Assembly: GCA_030613055.1 (NCBI GenBank)
Contig: JAUWMR010000002.1
Coordinates: 14,150-78,149, forward strand
Origin: Desulfobacteraceae bacterium
GTDB taxonomy: Bacteria > Desulfobacterota > DSM-4660 > Desulfatiglandales > Desulfatiglandaceae
Length of the DNA stretch: 64,000 nucleotides
Reading direction: 5' to 3'
The notes below the pieces were generated by a model that worked only from the letters and a program-made list of their open reading frames with translations, ran no database searches and was not told the origin of the DNA. Below are positions 17,433 to 27,227 of the stretch, piece by piece (position 1 is the stretch's first letter; every line of letters starts with the position of its first letter). The translations under genes and the position numbers were made by a program.

Positions 17433-17732
17433 CTAAACAACTATATCTATTAGTTTCCCCTGTGCATCATCCACTGCTTTATTTTTCAATTCAGGCCTTT
17501 GATCAATCCTGTAGTCTGCCTCCGGCGTGTTTTTTGTTTGCCCTGTCGCATCTTCAGTTTCCGAGAAAACGGATGTATTATCCGTTTGATTTTTTTTCTT
17601 GTCTTTTTCTTCCTTAAGGTCCCTGTGAAAGCGTTTTTTATGCATACTGCCGTTTTGGCGTTTCACATGCTTTACTCTGTTAGCAGAAAAGACAGGGATT
17701 AATCCTTTTTGCATCTCAATCTTCTCAACCAT
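17433..17732 (-). CDS. Hypothetical basic, low-complexity protein downstream of fliA
   Basis: Track ORF 17433..17747 starts at a TTG. An ATG at 17732 with GAGG upstream is the preferred start. No recognisable domain; Lys/Glu-rich centre. Confidence 0.4.
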   Translation of the reverse strand: MVEKIEMQKGLIPVFSANRVKHVKRQNGSMHKKRFHRDLKEEKDKKKNQTDNTSVFSETEDATGQTKNTPEADYRIDQRPELKNKAVDDAQGKLIDIVV

Positions 17733-17760
17733 GAGTCTTAACCTCAAAGACTAATGAAGG

Positions 17761-18525
17761 TTAAATTTCAAACAGACTTTCCCTGTTAAGTTTTCCTCGC
17801 AGATGAATAACTGCCTGGGAATGAATCTGGGAGACTCTCGATTCTGTTATATCCAAAACCTTTCCAATCTCTTTCATTGTCAATTCATCCCAGTAGTATA
17901 GCGAAATTACCAGTTTTTCCTTTTCAGGCAATCGTTCCATGGCTGCGGCAATTGTATCTTCCACTTCTTTCAGCCCTGTCAGTACAAAACCATCATCGGT
18001 AGAGCCATTGGCCAGATAGTTTGTTAGTTTAACTTTGTCTTCATTTAGAGAATATCCCATTTCCTCAAATCCGATGAAGGATAGGCTGGAAATTGTTTTG
18101 ATCTCATGCAATTCCTCAAGGTCAAGCCCCAGTTCTTCCGCGATTTCCTCGTCATTGACCTCTCGCCCTAATTTCTGCTCCATGTCAAAATATGCCTTTT
18201 GTAACTCGCGGAATTTCCTTCTATTTAGTCTCGAAAGAAAGTCCCTTGACCGCAATTCGCTCAGTACCGCGCCTCTAATCCGGAACGTGGCATAAGTCAT
18301 AAATTTGTTGTCTCTTTCAGGATCATAACGATCGACTGCTTCGATCAAACCTATAATCCCGGCGGTTATTAAATCATCAATGTCAACACTCGGAGGAATA
18401 TGCGCTGCAATTCTGTGAACAATATATTTGACATGGGGAAGATGTTCATTTATCAGGCAGTCCCTTTGTAAATTGTCTTCCCTTATTAAATCATCCGCCT
18501 GCCTTCTTGCCAGCTCCATGATCAA
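17761..18525 (-). CDS. fliA: Flagellar sigma factor FliA (sigma-28)
   Basis: 254 aa. Sigma-70 regions 2-4 are recognisable (LITAGIIGLIEAVDRYDP...FMTYATFRIRGAVL...LTMKEIGKVLDITESRVSQIHSQAV). Confidence 0.95.
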   Translation of the reverse strand: MIMELARRQADDLIREDNLQRDCLINEHLPHVKYIVHRIAAHIPPSVDIDDLITAGIIGLIEAVDRYDPERDNKFMTYATFRIRGAVLSELRSRDFLSRLNRRKFRELQKAYFDMEQKLGREVNDEEIAEELGLDLEELHEIKTISSLSFIGFEEMGYSLNEDKVKLTNYLANGSTDDGFVLTGLKEVEDTIAAAMERLPEKEKLVISLYYWDELTMKEIGKVLDITESRVSQIHSQAVIHLRGKLNRESLFEI

Positions 18526-18554
18526 TCAATTCTCCTGTTCGGGACAAATAAATT

Positions 18555-19436
18555 TTATAATAAGGACTGATATCGCCCGCCAGAAATTGGACGGGGAGGC
18601 GATTTGTCCATATTCTTTGCCAGGGAGGCAAAACATCTGCTTGCCTGGGTATGAGGGAATACTTGTGTAACGATCTTTTGAAGCCGCACGCCTTCAGCGA
18701 CCTTTTCATCAAACAGTATGTTACCGATGTATTCGATTGATATATCCAGGAATCTGTCGGCAACCATGCTCAGTTGTCTGAAGACTTCATATGCTTCACT
18801 GCTGTTTGCTGCCAGGTTAACCAGTAATTTGAAATGTTTCTCTGAATAATTTATCGACAGGACCTTCATTAGAGCGTAGGCGTCTGTAATAGAAGTAGGT
18901 TCAGGCGCCACAACGACTATTATTTCCTGTGCGGCGGCATTAAAATGCATGACATTTGAAGAAATACCAGCGGCCGTATCAATCAATAAAATGTCAACAG
19001 GCTCAATCAATAGGTCAAGTTCGGCAAGAATGTGATCCCTTTGTTTTGTTGTCAGCAGTGTAAGCTCTTGAATACCGGAGGAGGCAGGAAGTATTTTAAT
19101 ATTCCCGGGACCTTCCAACGTAATTTCCGTCATTTTTTTTTCTCCTGTAATGACGTGGGACAAATTATACTTTGGGGCCAACCCTAACAATATATCAAGG
19201 TTGCCTAACCCTAAATCAGCGTCTAAAATAAGGACCTTTTTTCCCAATTGACCAAAGGCATATCCAAGGTTGGCAACAATGCTGGTTTTACCCACTCCTC
19301 CCTTGCCGCTGGTTATGGCGATTATCCGCGTATTTGATCTGCGATTTACGCCTTTCTCTTGAGGTGAAACGGTTTTTCTATCCGCAATCTTTGGTATCAG
19401 GCTGATTACGTTGTTGGGGTAGTCCTTTTGCATCAT
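18555..19436 (-). CDS. flhG: MinD/ParA-type flagellar number regulator FlhG (FleN/YlxH)
   Basis: 293 aa. Deviant Walker A ITSGKGGVGKTS, followed by LILDADLGLGNLD. Lies between flhF and fliA. Confidence 0.9.
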   Translation of the reverse strand: MMQKDYPNNVISLIPKIADRKTVSPQEKGVNRRSNTRIIAITSGKGGVGKTSIVANLGYAFGQLGKKVLILDADLGLGNLDILLGLAPKYNLSHVITGEKKMTEITLEGPGNIKILPASSGIQELTLLTTKQRDHILAELDLLIEPVDILLIDTAAGISSNVMHFNAAAQEIIVVVAPEPTSITDAYALMKVLSINYSEKHFKLLVNLAANSSEAYEVFRQLSMVADRFLDISIEYIGNILFDEKVAEGVRLQKIVTQVFPHTQASRCFASLAKNMDKSPPRPISGGRYQSLL

Positions 19437-19582
19437 TGTTTCAATATCTCCCTGTTTGTAACTGCTCAGGAATGTATTATCCTGCCCTGTTTACAAAGCG
19501 TTAAAGTGTTACAATCAAACGTCCTGTGGCGCGAGTCCCGCTCTGACGGGATTTTGTCCGGTTTGGGTTTAATACGTCAGGG

Positions 19583-21031
19583 TTAATATCCAAAGGTAGC
19601 GATCCTTTTTTTGTCCGGAATCCCGGAGGATAGATTATGATTTTCAATGTTGTCAGGATTACATAATCCGCAGGGCTTGAACCCTTTGTTCATTGCGTCT
19701 TCTATGTTTTTGAACTCTATGATATTATCTTTCTTAATCTTTTTACCCCATTTACAGTCCGGATAATGAAAGACATCCGAAGTTTTATTAGCAACATAAT
19801 ATTTACTAAAACGTTGACCAGGGGTATCTTCTTTTGTTTTTTTGTCCTTTAATATTATGTGCGGGTAGTCAACGAGTTTTGTCTCATGTTTTCGGAATAA
19901 TATCAGGTCTAACAATTTGTCTAAGGATGCGATTTCAATATCTTCGGGAACCTGCTGGCCGTTTGTGAAATATGAAACGGGAAATTTTGACCGTGATAAT
20001 TGATTGAGTATGTTTCCGTATGTTGTACTTTCGTCGAGCTTTGTGAATATCAGCCCGCTAACTGGAATTAATCTAAACCGCTTTAATATGTCATTGAGGT
20101 CATCATCTTTTGTAGTTGCACTCAGGAGTAACTGAATTTCGACATGACGAAGTTTATCCAGAAGGCTTGCCAGCTCATTAAATTGAGATTCATTACCCTG
20201 GCTAATCCCTGCGGTATCAATTAAAATGAGATCTTCATTCCTAAACTTCTTGAGTGCCATTTTTAGCTCCCTGGCGCTTGTCGCGACCTCAATGGGAATA
20301 CCGATGATTTTTGCATAAATCTCAAGTTGATCAATAGCCCCGATCCTGTAGTTATCCAGCGTAATCAGGGCAACTCGCTTTGCCATTTGAAGGGCGTGGT
20401 ATGTGGCTAACTTGGCAACGGTGGTTGTCTTTCCCACTCCGGTTGGACCTACAAAAGCAATTAGCTTTTGTTTTTTATGCTGTGTCTCTGTATGATTACA
20501 TGATATGCCCATTTCACCAAGGATATGAACCAGACATGATTTAATTTCATCATTATTTGTAAGTGGTTTTATTGACGCAATTCTTTCGGTTTTTTCCATC
20601 AATTCAAGCGTTAGGGCTTCATCCACGCCATGGGATACCATCTGCCGGCGTATCATAAGTAATTCGTAAGCGGTGCTTTGAGAAACACTATTTCTATTAG
20701 TCATATGTTCGGGTCTGTTTTTAATTGCAGTTTTTTGTTGCTTAAGCGATGTAATAGAACCTCTTGCATGAGGGGCATAATAACCGAAACGACCCTGTTG
20801 ATAGTCATGAAGTGCCGTTTTTATGCTTGAAGGGATCTTTCCCCCTGCTTCCGGATGATATGAGTCGGTTGCTGCAGTAACTTCCACTCCGGGGTTTGCC
20901 AGGAGTCCAAGTATACCTCTTCCTTTCTTGAGATTTTTAGCGGAAAGAATCACTGCCTCGGAGCCAAACTCCAGTTTGATCAACCTTAATGCATCTGTCA
21001 TGTCCTGTGCTTTGAACCGTTTAATCTGCAT
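19583..21031 (-). CDS. flhF: SRP-type GTPase FlhF with C-terminal Ada-like zinc-binding extension
   Basis: 482 aa. B/N regions, then a G domain (FVGPTGVGKTTT...DTAG...TKLDE). About 100 extra C-terminal residues include FHYPDCKW...F-x-NIEDAMNKGFKPCGLCNP. Confidence 0.9.
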   Translation of the reverse strand: MQIKRFKAQDMTDALRLIKLEFGSEAVILSAKNLKKGRGILGLLANPGVEVTAATDSYHPEAGGKIPSSIKTALHDYQQGRFGYYAPHARGSITSLKQQKTAIKNRPEHMTNRNSVSQSTAYELLMIRRQMVSHGVDEALTLELMEKTERIASIKPLTNNDEIKSCLVHILGEMGISCNHTETQHKKQKLIAFVGPTGVGKTTTVAKLATYHALQMAKRVALITLDNYRIGAIDQLEIYAKIIGIPIEVATSARELKMALKKFRNEDLILIDTAGISQGNESQFNELASLLDKLRHVEIQLLLSATTKDDDLNDILKRFRLIPVSGLIFTKLDESTTYGNILNQLSRSKFPVSYFTNGQQVPEDIEIASLDKLLDLILFRKHETKLVDYPHIILKDKKTKEDTPGQRFSKYYVANKTSDVFHYPDCKWGKKIKKDNIIEFKNIEDAMNKGFKPCGLCNPDNIENHNLSSGIPDKKRIATFGY

Positions 21032-23120
21032 CGGAAATTTCCACCGTACCTAATGATTGAATTTTGAAATTAGTTAAAATCTCATTATATGAGAGCACCA
21101 CTAAGTTAGGAATAAAGCGATCTGTGAATTTTTTGAAATGTGATCTGATCTGGGCGGAACACAAAACTACCGGTTGATAATCCAGTGATGAAAAATGCTC
21201 AAGATTGTGGGCGAGGTTTTCCATGATGTCCTGGACGATCACCGGGTCCATAGAGATAAAGCTGCCCTGTTCTGTTTCCTGAATCGCCTCTGATATTACC
21301 TTTTCAACGCTCTGTCCAATCGTTATTACGCTTATTTTTCCTTCAGGGTTTTGATAGAGTTTAGTAATTGATCTTGCCAGCGACTGGCGGGCATATTCTG
21401 TTAGCGCGTCTGTATCTTTTATTACAGGGCTCCAGTCCGCTAATGTCTCTAAAATAGTCAGCAGGTCTCGCACAGGAATCTGTTCTTTTAGAAGATTTTG
21501 CAGGACTCGCACCACCCCGCCAAGGGACAACAGATTTGGAACCAGCTCCTCAACAACCTTTGGATGAGAGTCCTTGAGATTATCCAATAATTGCTGGACC
21601 TCCTGCCTTCCCAATAATTCGTGAGCATGTCGCCTGATCGCATCAGACAGGTGTGTTGTCAGGACAGTTGCCAGATCTACCACCGTGTATCCCCTGGCAA
21701 TTGCATTTTCTCTCGCTTCTTCTTTAATCCAGAAAGCCGGCAGCCCATAGGTAGGCTCGCTTGTCGGCAGACCGTCAATCTTTTCATCTGAGGTGCCAGG
21801 ATTCATGGCCAGATAATAGTTTGTCATCAATTCGCCCTTTGCAACTTCATTTCCCCTGAGTAGAATAGTATATTCACCGGGTCTTTGTTTCATGTTATCC
21901 TGTATATGGATAGGGGGAACAATGATACCAATTTCCTGCGCAACCTGTTGCCTGATTGACCTGATCCGGTCTAAGAGCTCCCCGCCCTGTTGCTTATCCA
22001 CTAAAGGAATCAATCCGTATCCAATATCAAGTGACAGGATATCGAGAGGGGGAAGGGATTCGGTTTTTTCCAGGGGAATGGCTTTGGCCTCGGTCTCTCT
22101 GGCTTTTTCTTCTTCCAGGACGGCCTGTTTTGCCTGCGAGGCTATATAAGCAATGAACCCTGAAACTATTGACAGAAAAATAAATGGAGCGGTCGGGAGT
22201 CCGGGAACAATGCCAAACGCGAAGAGCACGACAGCGGCGATAGCAATAGCGCGCGGCTGATGTAAGATCTGAGAGGTTATTTCTTTTCCCAGATTTGTTT
22301 CGGAGCCTGCTCTGCTTACTACAAGACCTGCCGCGGTTGAAATGACCAGGGCGGGAATCTGGGTAACCAGTCCGTCACCTACTGTCATCAGGGTATAATT
22401 CTGGGCCGCATGTGAAAAGGTCATTCCATTCTGGAGGACTCCGATTGCGAGCCCTCCTATAATATTGATCAGGGTGATTATTACCCCTGCTATGGCGTCT
22501 CCCCGGACAAATTTGCTTGCCCCGTCCATGGCACCATAGAAATCAGCTTCCTGAGAGATTTCCAGTCTCCTTGCCTTGGCGTCCTGTTCATTTATTAAAC
22601 CTGCATTCAGGTCGGCATCGATGCTCATCTGTTTGCCGGGCATAGCGTCTAAAGTGAAACGGGCTGTTACTTCGGCAATTCTTCCCGCACCTTTTGTAAT
22701 AACAACAAAGTTAATAATGACAAGGATAAGGAAAATTATGGCGCCCACCACATAGTTTCCGCCCACAACAAAGGTTCCAAATGCCTTGATAACTTTACCG
22801 GCGGCCATTGTTCCCTCGTTTCCATGGAGCAGAATTATTCGAGTTGAAGCAATATTTAGAGACAGCCGGAATAATGTGCCTAACAGGATTATGGAAGGAA
22901 ATGCCGATAATTCTAAGGGCCTCAGGATATAAGTGGCAACCAGCAGGATTATTAAAGAAATTGTTATGTTGAATGAGAGGAGGATATCGAGCAGCATAGG
23001 CGGCAGGGGTATTGTCATAAATATCAGGATGCTCACCACTCCCAGCGCCATGACAATATCGGTGTTTTTCGCAATTAATGGAAATTTGCTTAAAAATTGT
23101 GTTTGACCTGTTATCCCCAT
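21021..23120 (-). CDS. flhA: Flagellar export gate protein FlhA
   Basis: 699 aa. Conserved TM region (FPSIILLGTLFRLSLNIASTR...VTARFTLDAMPGKQMSIDADL) and cytoplasmic domain. Confidence 0.97.
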   Translation of the reverse strand: MGITGQTQFLSKFPLIAKNTDIVMALGVVSILIFMTIPLPPMLLDILLSFNITISLIILLVATYILRPLELSAFPSIILLGTLFRLSLNIASTRIILLHGNEGTMAAGKVIKAFGTFVVGGNYVVGAIIFLILVIINFVVITKGAGRIAEVTARFTLDAMPGKQMSIDADLNAGLINEQDAKARRLEISQEADFYGAMDGASKFVRGDAIAGVIITLINIIGGLAIGVLQNGMTFSHAAQNYTLMTVGDGLVTQIPALVISTAAGLVVSRAGSETNLGKEITSQILHQPRAIAIAAVVLFAFGIVPGLPTAPFIFLSIVSGFIAYIASQAKQAVLEEEKARETEAKAIPLEKTESLPPLDILSLDIGYGLIPLVDKQQGGELLDRIRSIRQQVAQEIGIIVPPIHIQDNMKQRPGEYTILLRGNEVAKGELMTNYYLAMNPGTSDEKIDGLPTSEPTYGLPAFWIKEEARENAIARGYTVVDLATVLTTHLSDAIRRHAHELLGRQEVQQLLDNLKDSHPKVVEELVPNLLSLGGVVRVLQNLLKEQIPVRDLLTILETLADWSPVIKDTDALTEYARQSLARSITKLYQNPEGKISVITIGQSVEKVISEAIQETEQGSFISMDPVIVQDIMENLAHNLEHFSSLDYQPVVLCSAQIRSHFKKFTDRFIPNLVVLSYNEILTNFKIQSLGTVEISDAD

Positions 23121-23211
23121 AATAGAAAAACCCTGCCTTTTTTTGCGCCCTCACGTCCATTCTTATATAATGGAGGAGGACCTCAGTTTTCAGGTTTGCA
23201 GATTTATATTA

Positions 23212-23227
23212 TGCATTTTTCATGCCT
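23212..23227 (-). promoter_or_regulatory. Weak sigma-54 promoter candidate upstream of flhA
   Basis: The minus strand reads AAGGCATGAAAAATGCAT (GG and GC correctly spaced; the -12 element is ATGCA rather than TTGCA). ~95 nt upstream of the flhA ATG. Confidence 0.35.
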
Positions 23228-23306
23228 TATCTCAGGCATATTTTTATTTCGATTTTAAAACCATGTCCTCCCCCGCATAGCGGGATCTTCGATGGGCGTG
23301 GATTCT

Positions 23307-24368
23307 TTACTTATTTTTTAACCTGTAGACATATGCCAGGATTTCGGCGACTGCCCTGTAAAGGTTAACAGGAATAAAGTCCCCAATTTCCACTACCTTG
23401 AAAAGAGTCTGAGCCAGGGGTTTGTTCTCTATGATGGGGATACCGTGTTTTTCAGCTATATTTTTAATCCGTTCTGCAATAAACCTGGCTCCTTTTGCTA
23501 ATACCCGTGGGGCGATCATCCCTTCGGGATCGTACTTAAGAGCAATAGCAAGATTTGTCGGATTTGTTATGATGACATCTGCTTCAGGGACCATTTCCAT
23601 CATACGGCGCTGGGACATCTCTATCTGAACCCTTCTGATCCTGGCCTTAACCTTAGGGTCCCCCTCTCTTTGTTTTAACTCGTCTTTGACTTCCTGTTTG
23701 GTCATCTTCAGGTCCTTTTCATGTTGATAGCGCTGGTAGGCATAGTCCAGAGCTGCAATGAAAATTAGAGTGAGACAGGTAAAAAAGCAAAGCTTAAGTG
23801 AGACCCTGCCGATGAAGCCAAGGATATCTCCTACCCCCATTTGTATCAGGGAGGGAATAGTGTCAACTTCCCCTCGCAGTGTCAAAAATGCGACGCAACC
23901 AATAAAAATGATTTTAAAAACCATTTTGATAAGCTCGACAAGAGATCTTAAGGAAAATAATTTCTTTATTCCCTTAATAGGATCGAGCTTTGAAAGTTTA
24001 GGGACAAGAGGTTTTCCGGTCAATAAAGGACCAACCTGCAGGAGATTGGCCGCAATTCCAGCAACCAGAACAATCAACATCAGGGGCGCCAGGATCATGA
24101 ATGACTGCACAAAGACTTCAGACAAAAATATGTGTACGTTAGTGTCCTCAAAACGCAAAGTTGTAATATTTTGAAAAACGCCTCGCATAATCTCCGAAAT
24201 ACTCAATATCATCCAGGGTCCTGAAAAAAGGAATAACCCCAGGACGCTTGATAAAATCAGAACAGAGGGAATTTCTCGACTCTGGACAACCTGTCCTTTT
24301 TTCCTGGCATCTTCCCGGCGTTTAGGACTCGCCGGCTCGGTCTTTTCCTGGTCGGAATTTTCGGGCAT
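23307..24368 (-). CDS. flhB: Flagellar export switch protein FlhB
   Basis: 353 aa. EKTEPASPKRREDARKKGQV... and the NPTH-type autocleavage site appearing as ITNPTNLAIAL. Confidence 0.95.
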   Translation of the reverse strand: MPENSDQEKTEPASPKRREDARKKGQVVQSREIPSVLILSSVLGLFLFSGPWMILSISEIMRGVFQNITTLRFEDTNVHIFLSEVFVQSFMILAPLMLIVLVAGIAANLLQVGPLLTGKPLVPKLSKLDPIKGIKKLFSLRSLVELIKMVFKIIFIGCVAFLTLRGEVDTIPSLIQMGVGDILGFIGRVSLKLCFFTCLTLIFIAALDYAYQRYQHEKDLKMTKQEVKDELKQREGDPKVKARIRRVQIEMSQRRMMEMVPEADVIITNPTNLAIALKYDPEGMIAPRVLAKGARFIAERIKNIAEKHGIPIIENKPLAQTLFKVVEIGDFIPVNLYRAVAEILAYVYRLKNK

Positions 24369-24374
24369 AACTGT

Positions 24375-25151
24375 CTACATTCCTTTAAAGAGAAGGATAA
24401 TATCAGTGCCAAAATCGGCGAATATCTGTTTAAGAAAAAGTGAAAAAATTGGAAGGCTGAACCCTAAGAACACAAGCCCAATTGCAATTTTTACCGGCAT
24501 AGCCACAATGAAAATGTGCATCTGCGGAACTGTTCGTGCGACCAGACCGAAAGCAACGCTCGTAAGCAGCATGACCGCCATGATGGGCGCTCCCACCTTG
24601 ACGGCGATAATAAACATATTACACGCAAGACTCATTAACTGCTCCATTAAGGAATTGGTGAATTGGAAATCAAGAGGAGGAACCAGACGAAAGCTTTCCG
24701 CTAATGCCCGCAAGAACCAGTGGTGAGCATTAGTCGCCATAAATATCAGCATGGCCACAAGGTTGTTAAACTGGGCAAGGACCGGAACCTGGGCGCTTGT
24801 TACGGGATCCATGACATTGGCAATGGCAAAACCCATCTGGAAGCCTATTATCTGTCCTGCTAATTGAATCCCGGCAAATACCAGCCTGACAGAAAGACCA
24901 ATAATGATTCCCATAATAATTTCACCTGCTACGCCTATAACAAAGGGTACAGTCCCGCTGAGGAAAGGGCCATTGTCTAATTTCAAGATGGGAAAAAGGA
25001 CAATACTGATTGCAATCGATAGTCCGGCTTTAAACAATACGGGCATGTTTTTGTTTCCAAAAAGCGGGGCGCTTATCAGAATCGCGCCCACCCGCAGGAA
25101 GACTAAAAAAAACGTCTGAAATTGTGGCAGGGAAATACTAAGAATTGTCAT
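24375..25151 (-). CDS. fliR: Flagellar export apparatus protein FliR
   Basis: Polytopic membrane protein. The track ORF begins at a TTG (25187). The ATG at 25151 (MTILSISLPQFQTFFLVFLRVGAIL) fits usual FliR N termini. Confidence 0.9.
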   Translation of the reverse strand: MTILSISLPQFQTFFLVFLRVGAILISAPLFGNKNMPVLFKAGLSIAISIVLFPILKLDNGPFLSGTVPFVIGVAGEIIMGIIIGLSVRLVFAGIQLAGQIIGFQMGFAIANVMDPVTSAQVPVLAQFNNLVAMLIFMATNAHHWFLRALAESFRLVPPLDFQFTNSLMEQLMSLACNMFIIAVKVGAPIMAVMLLTSVAFGLVARTVPQMHIFIVAMPVKIAIGLVFLGFSLPIFSLFLKQIFADFGTDIILLFKGM

Positions 25152-25183
25152 TTGACTGCTCACGCTCTCCCGCCCTGGTGTAA

Positions 25184-25453
25184 TCAATGGATATAGGTGG
25201 GGATGTTAATAAAGATGTTTCGGGCAAAATCGGCGATAACCTGAAGCATCCATGGGAAAAAAATGAGTATTGCAATTCCAACTGCAAGCATTTTCGGAAT
25301 AAAGACCAGGGTCATCTCATTAATCTGGGTGGCGGCCTGAAACATACTCACAAGCACACCTGCAACCAGACCAAAAATCAAACATGGCGCGGCCAATAGC
25401 ATGGCTGTCTTCAATGCTTCAACGAAAAATCCGGATATGAACTCAGGTGACAT
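25184..25453 (-). CDS. fliQ: Flagellar export apparatus protein FliQ
   Basis: Trimmed to the ATG at 25453 (MSPEFISGFFVEALKTAMLLAAP...), giving an 89-aa two-TM protein typical of FliQ. Confidence 0.9.
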   Translation of the reverse strand: MSPEFISGFFVEALKTAMLLAAPCLIFGLVAGVLVSMFQAATQINEMTLVFIPKMLAVGIAILIFFPWMLQVIADFARNIFINIPTYIH

Positions 25454-25458
25454 CTTTT

Positions 25459-26232
25459 TTATCCAAAACTCTTCACTAAGGACCCGACAATCAGATACCA
25501 TCCGTCAACCAGGACGAACAGCATCAATTTAAAGGGCAAAGAAACCATTATAGGTGGCAGCATCATCATTCCCATGGAAAGAAGAACGCTGGCTACAACT
25601 ATATCGATAATCAAAAAAGGCACGTAAAGCAAAAAACCTATCTGGAATGCTGTTTTTAATTCACTAATTATGAACGAAGGAATGAGCACGGAAGTTGGAA
25701 CCTCATTAGCGGTCTTTGGCCGCTTAATATCTGCGATACTAACAAGCAGGGCCAGGTCCTTTTCCCTCGTCTGTTTAAACATGAATTTTCTTATGGGTTG
25801 CGATGCCTTTTCTAACGCCTGCTTTTGAGTTATTTTCTTTTCTAAGTATGGTTGAAGCGCCTGTTTATTGATATCCTGCCAGACAGGCGTCATAATGAAG
25901 AATGTTAGAAACATTGAAAGTCCCAAAATTATCTGGTTAGGGGGCATCTGATGGGTCCCCATTGCCTGGCGCAACAGCGAGAGCACGATAGCAATCCTTG
26001 TAAATGAGGTCAGCATTATTAGAATTGCAGGGGCTAATGAAAGAACCGTCAACAGGGCGAAAATCTGAAGAACTACAGACACTTCTCCCGGGCTTTTGGC
26101 ATTATCCAGACTGATAGTAAAGAATGATGCTGGTGCGGGCTGGGCATCACCCCAACAAATATGAGGATACAAGGTAATAGACGCTATCAAAAACATCGAA
26201 GCAATTATGATGGTTTTTACGAGTTTTGGCAT
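25459..26232 (-). CDS. fliP: Flagellar export apparatus protein FliP
   Basis: 257 aa. [21 protein letters not shown]...[15 protein letters not shown]...[32 protein letters not shown]. Confidence 0.95.
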   Translation of the reverse strand: MPKLVKTIIIASMFLIASITLYPHICWGDAQPAPASFFTISLDNAKSPGEVSVVLQIFALLTVLSLAPAILIMLTSFTRIAIVLSLLRQAMGTHQMPPNQIILGLSMFLTFFIMTPVWQDINKQALQPYLEKKITQKQALEKASQPIRKFMFKQTREKDLALLVSIADIKRPKTANEVPTSVLIPSFIISELKTAFQIGFLLYVPFLIIDIVVASVLLSMGMMMLPPIMVSLPFKLMLFVLVDGWYLIVGSLVKSFG

Positions 26233-26311
26233 AAACTTGTTCGATCCGCTAATCCCACCATGGCGGGATAATACTGGAATATTGGAATGATGGAATGTAA
26301 AACCTCATTTT

Positions 26312-26359
26312 GTCATTCCCGGCCCGCATCAAGTGCGGGACAAACTACAGCGGGAATCC
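26312..26359. repeat. REP-like palindromic unit
   Basis: gtcattcccggcccgcatcaagtgcgggacaaactacagcgggaatcc in the fliO-fliP spacer. Confidence 0.7.
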
Positions 26360-26373
26360 AGATCTGGAAAAAG

Positions 26374-26775
26374 CTACAAATTCTCTTTCTGGAAATGTAT
26401 ATCATTCTTACTTTGTCTGAATTTTGATGATAATTCATGTAATTGATCCGAAAATGAGGACGATGTTTTATCTCCTTTAAAACCAATAACTTTGTCTAAT
26501 ATTTTCTGGTCCTCTATTTTTGAAAGGAGAGTTATATTGTCATTTGTAATCCCCAAGACCAGGACTGAACCAGGAACTTCGACTAATGAGATACTTTTCT
26601 TAACCCCGATATAATTGTTTGCCAGGATTTTAATCAAATTTTGTTTTGGTCCTCTGATTCCTTTTCTTAATAAACGCTTCGAAATATAGAACAAGAGCAA
26701 CAGCCCGCCTAAGACAACACTCAGGGCGGCGAACATCTTAATGGTTGTTGAAAGAAGATCGGGATGATAGTTCAT
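26374..26775 (-). CDS. fliO: Flagellar biosynthesis protein FliO (FliZ-type)
   Basis: 133 aa. Single TM (FAALSVVLGGLLLLFYI), then IKILANNYIGVKKSISLVEVPGSVLVLGIT. Position between fliN and fliP. Confidence 0.75.
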   Translation of the reverse strand: MNYHPDLLSTTIKMFAALSVVLGGLLLLFYISKRLLRKGIRGPKQNLIKILANNYIGVKKSISLVEVPGSVLVLGITNDNITLLSKIEDQKILDKVIGFKGDKTSSSFSDQLHELSSKFRQSKNDIHFQKENL

Positions 26776-27227
26776 TTAAGACTCTCAATTCTTTCTGTCG
26801 CGGTTATAATCTCCGTAAGACGGATGCCGTATTTTTCATTAACAACGACAACCTCGCCCCTGGCGATTAATTTTTGATTGGCAAGTATTTCCAGGTTTTC
26901 CCCGGCAGACTTTGAAAGCTCGATAACTGATCCCTGGCCGAGTTTGAGCAATTCATTTATGCTCAATTTACTCCTGCCTAATTCAACGGTTATTTCCAGG
27001 GGGATATCCAGTATGAAATCTATCTTATCTGGCTGAGTGGAGTCAGGCGCGTTGCTGATGTGGGGAAATAGAGGAGGTTTTTCCTGTATATCCGGTTCAG
27101 TAACTCCGGCCGCCTCCCCCTGTGACTTATTGGGCTCCAATTCATTTAGCGAACCTTCAGGAGGGGATTTTTTGTTTAGCTCTTTTGTGTTTTTTTTGGC
27201 TTCAACCATTGTTTTTCGCACCTCCAT
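26772..27227 (-). CDS. fliN: Flagellar motor switch protein FliN
   Basis: 151 aa. C-terminal SpoA domain IPLEITVELGRSKLSINELLKLGQGSVIELSKSAGENLEILANQKLIARGEVVVV. Confidence 0.9.
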   Translation of the reverse strand: MEVRKTMVEAKKNTKELNKKSPPEGSLNELEPNKSQGEAAGVTEPDIQEKPPLFPHISNAPDSTQPDKIDFILDIPLEITVELGRSKLSINELLKLGQGSVIELSKSAGENLEILANQKLIARGEVVVVNEKYGIRLTEIITATERIESLK

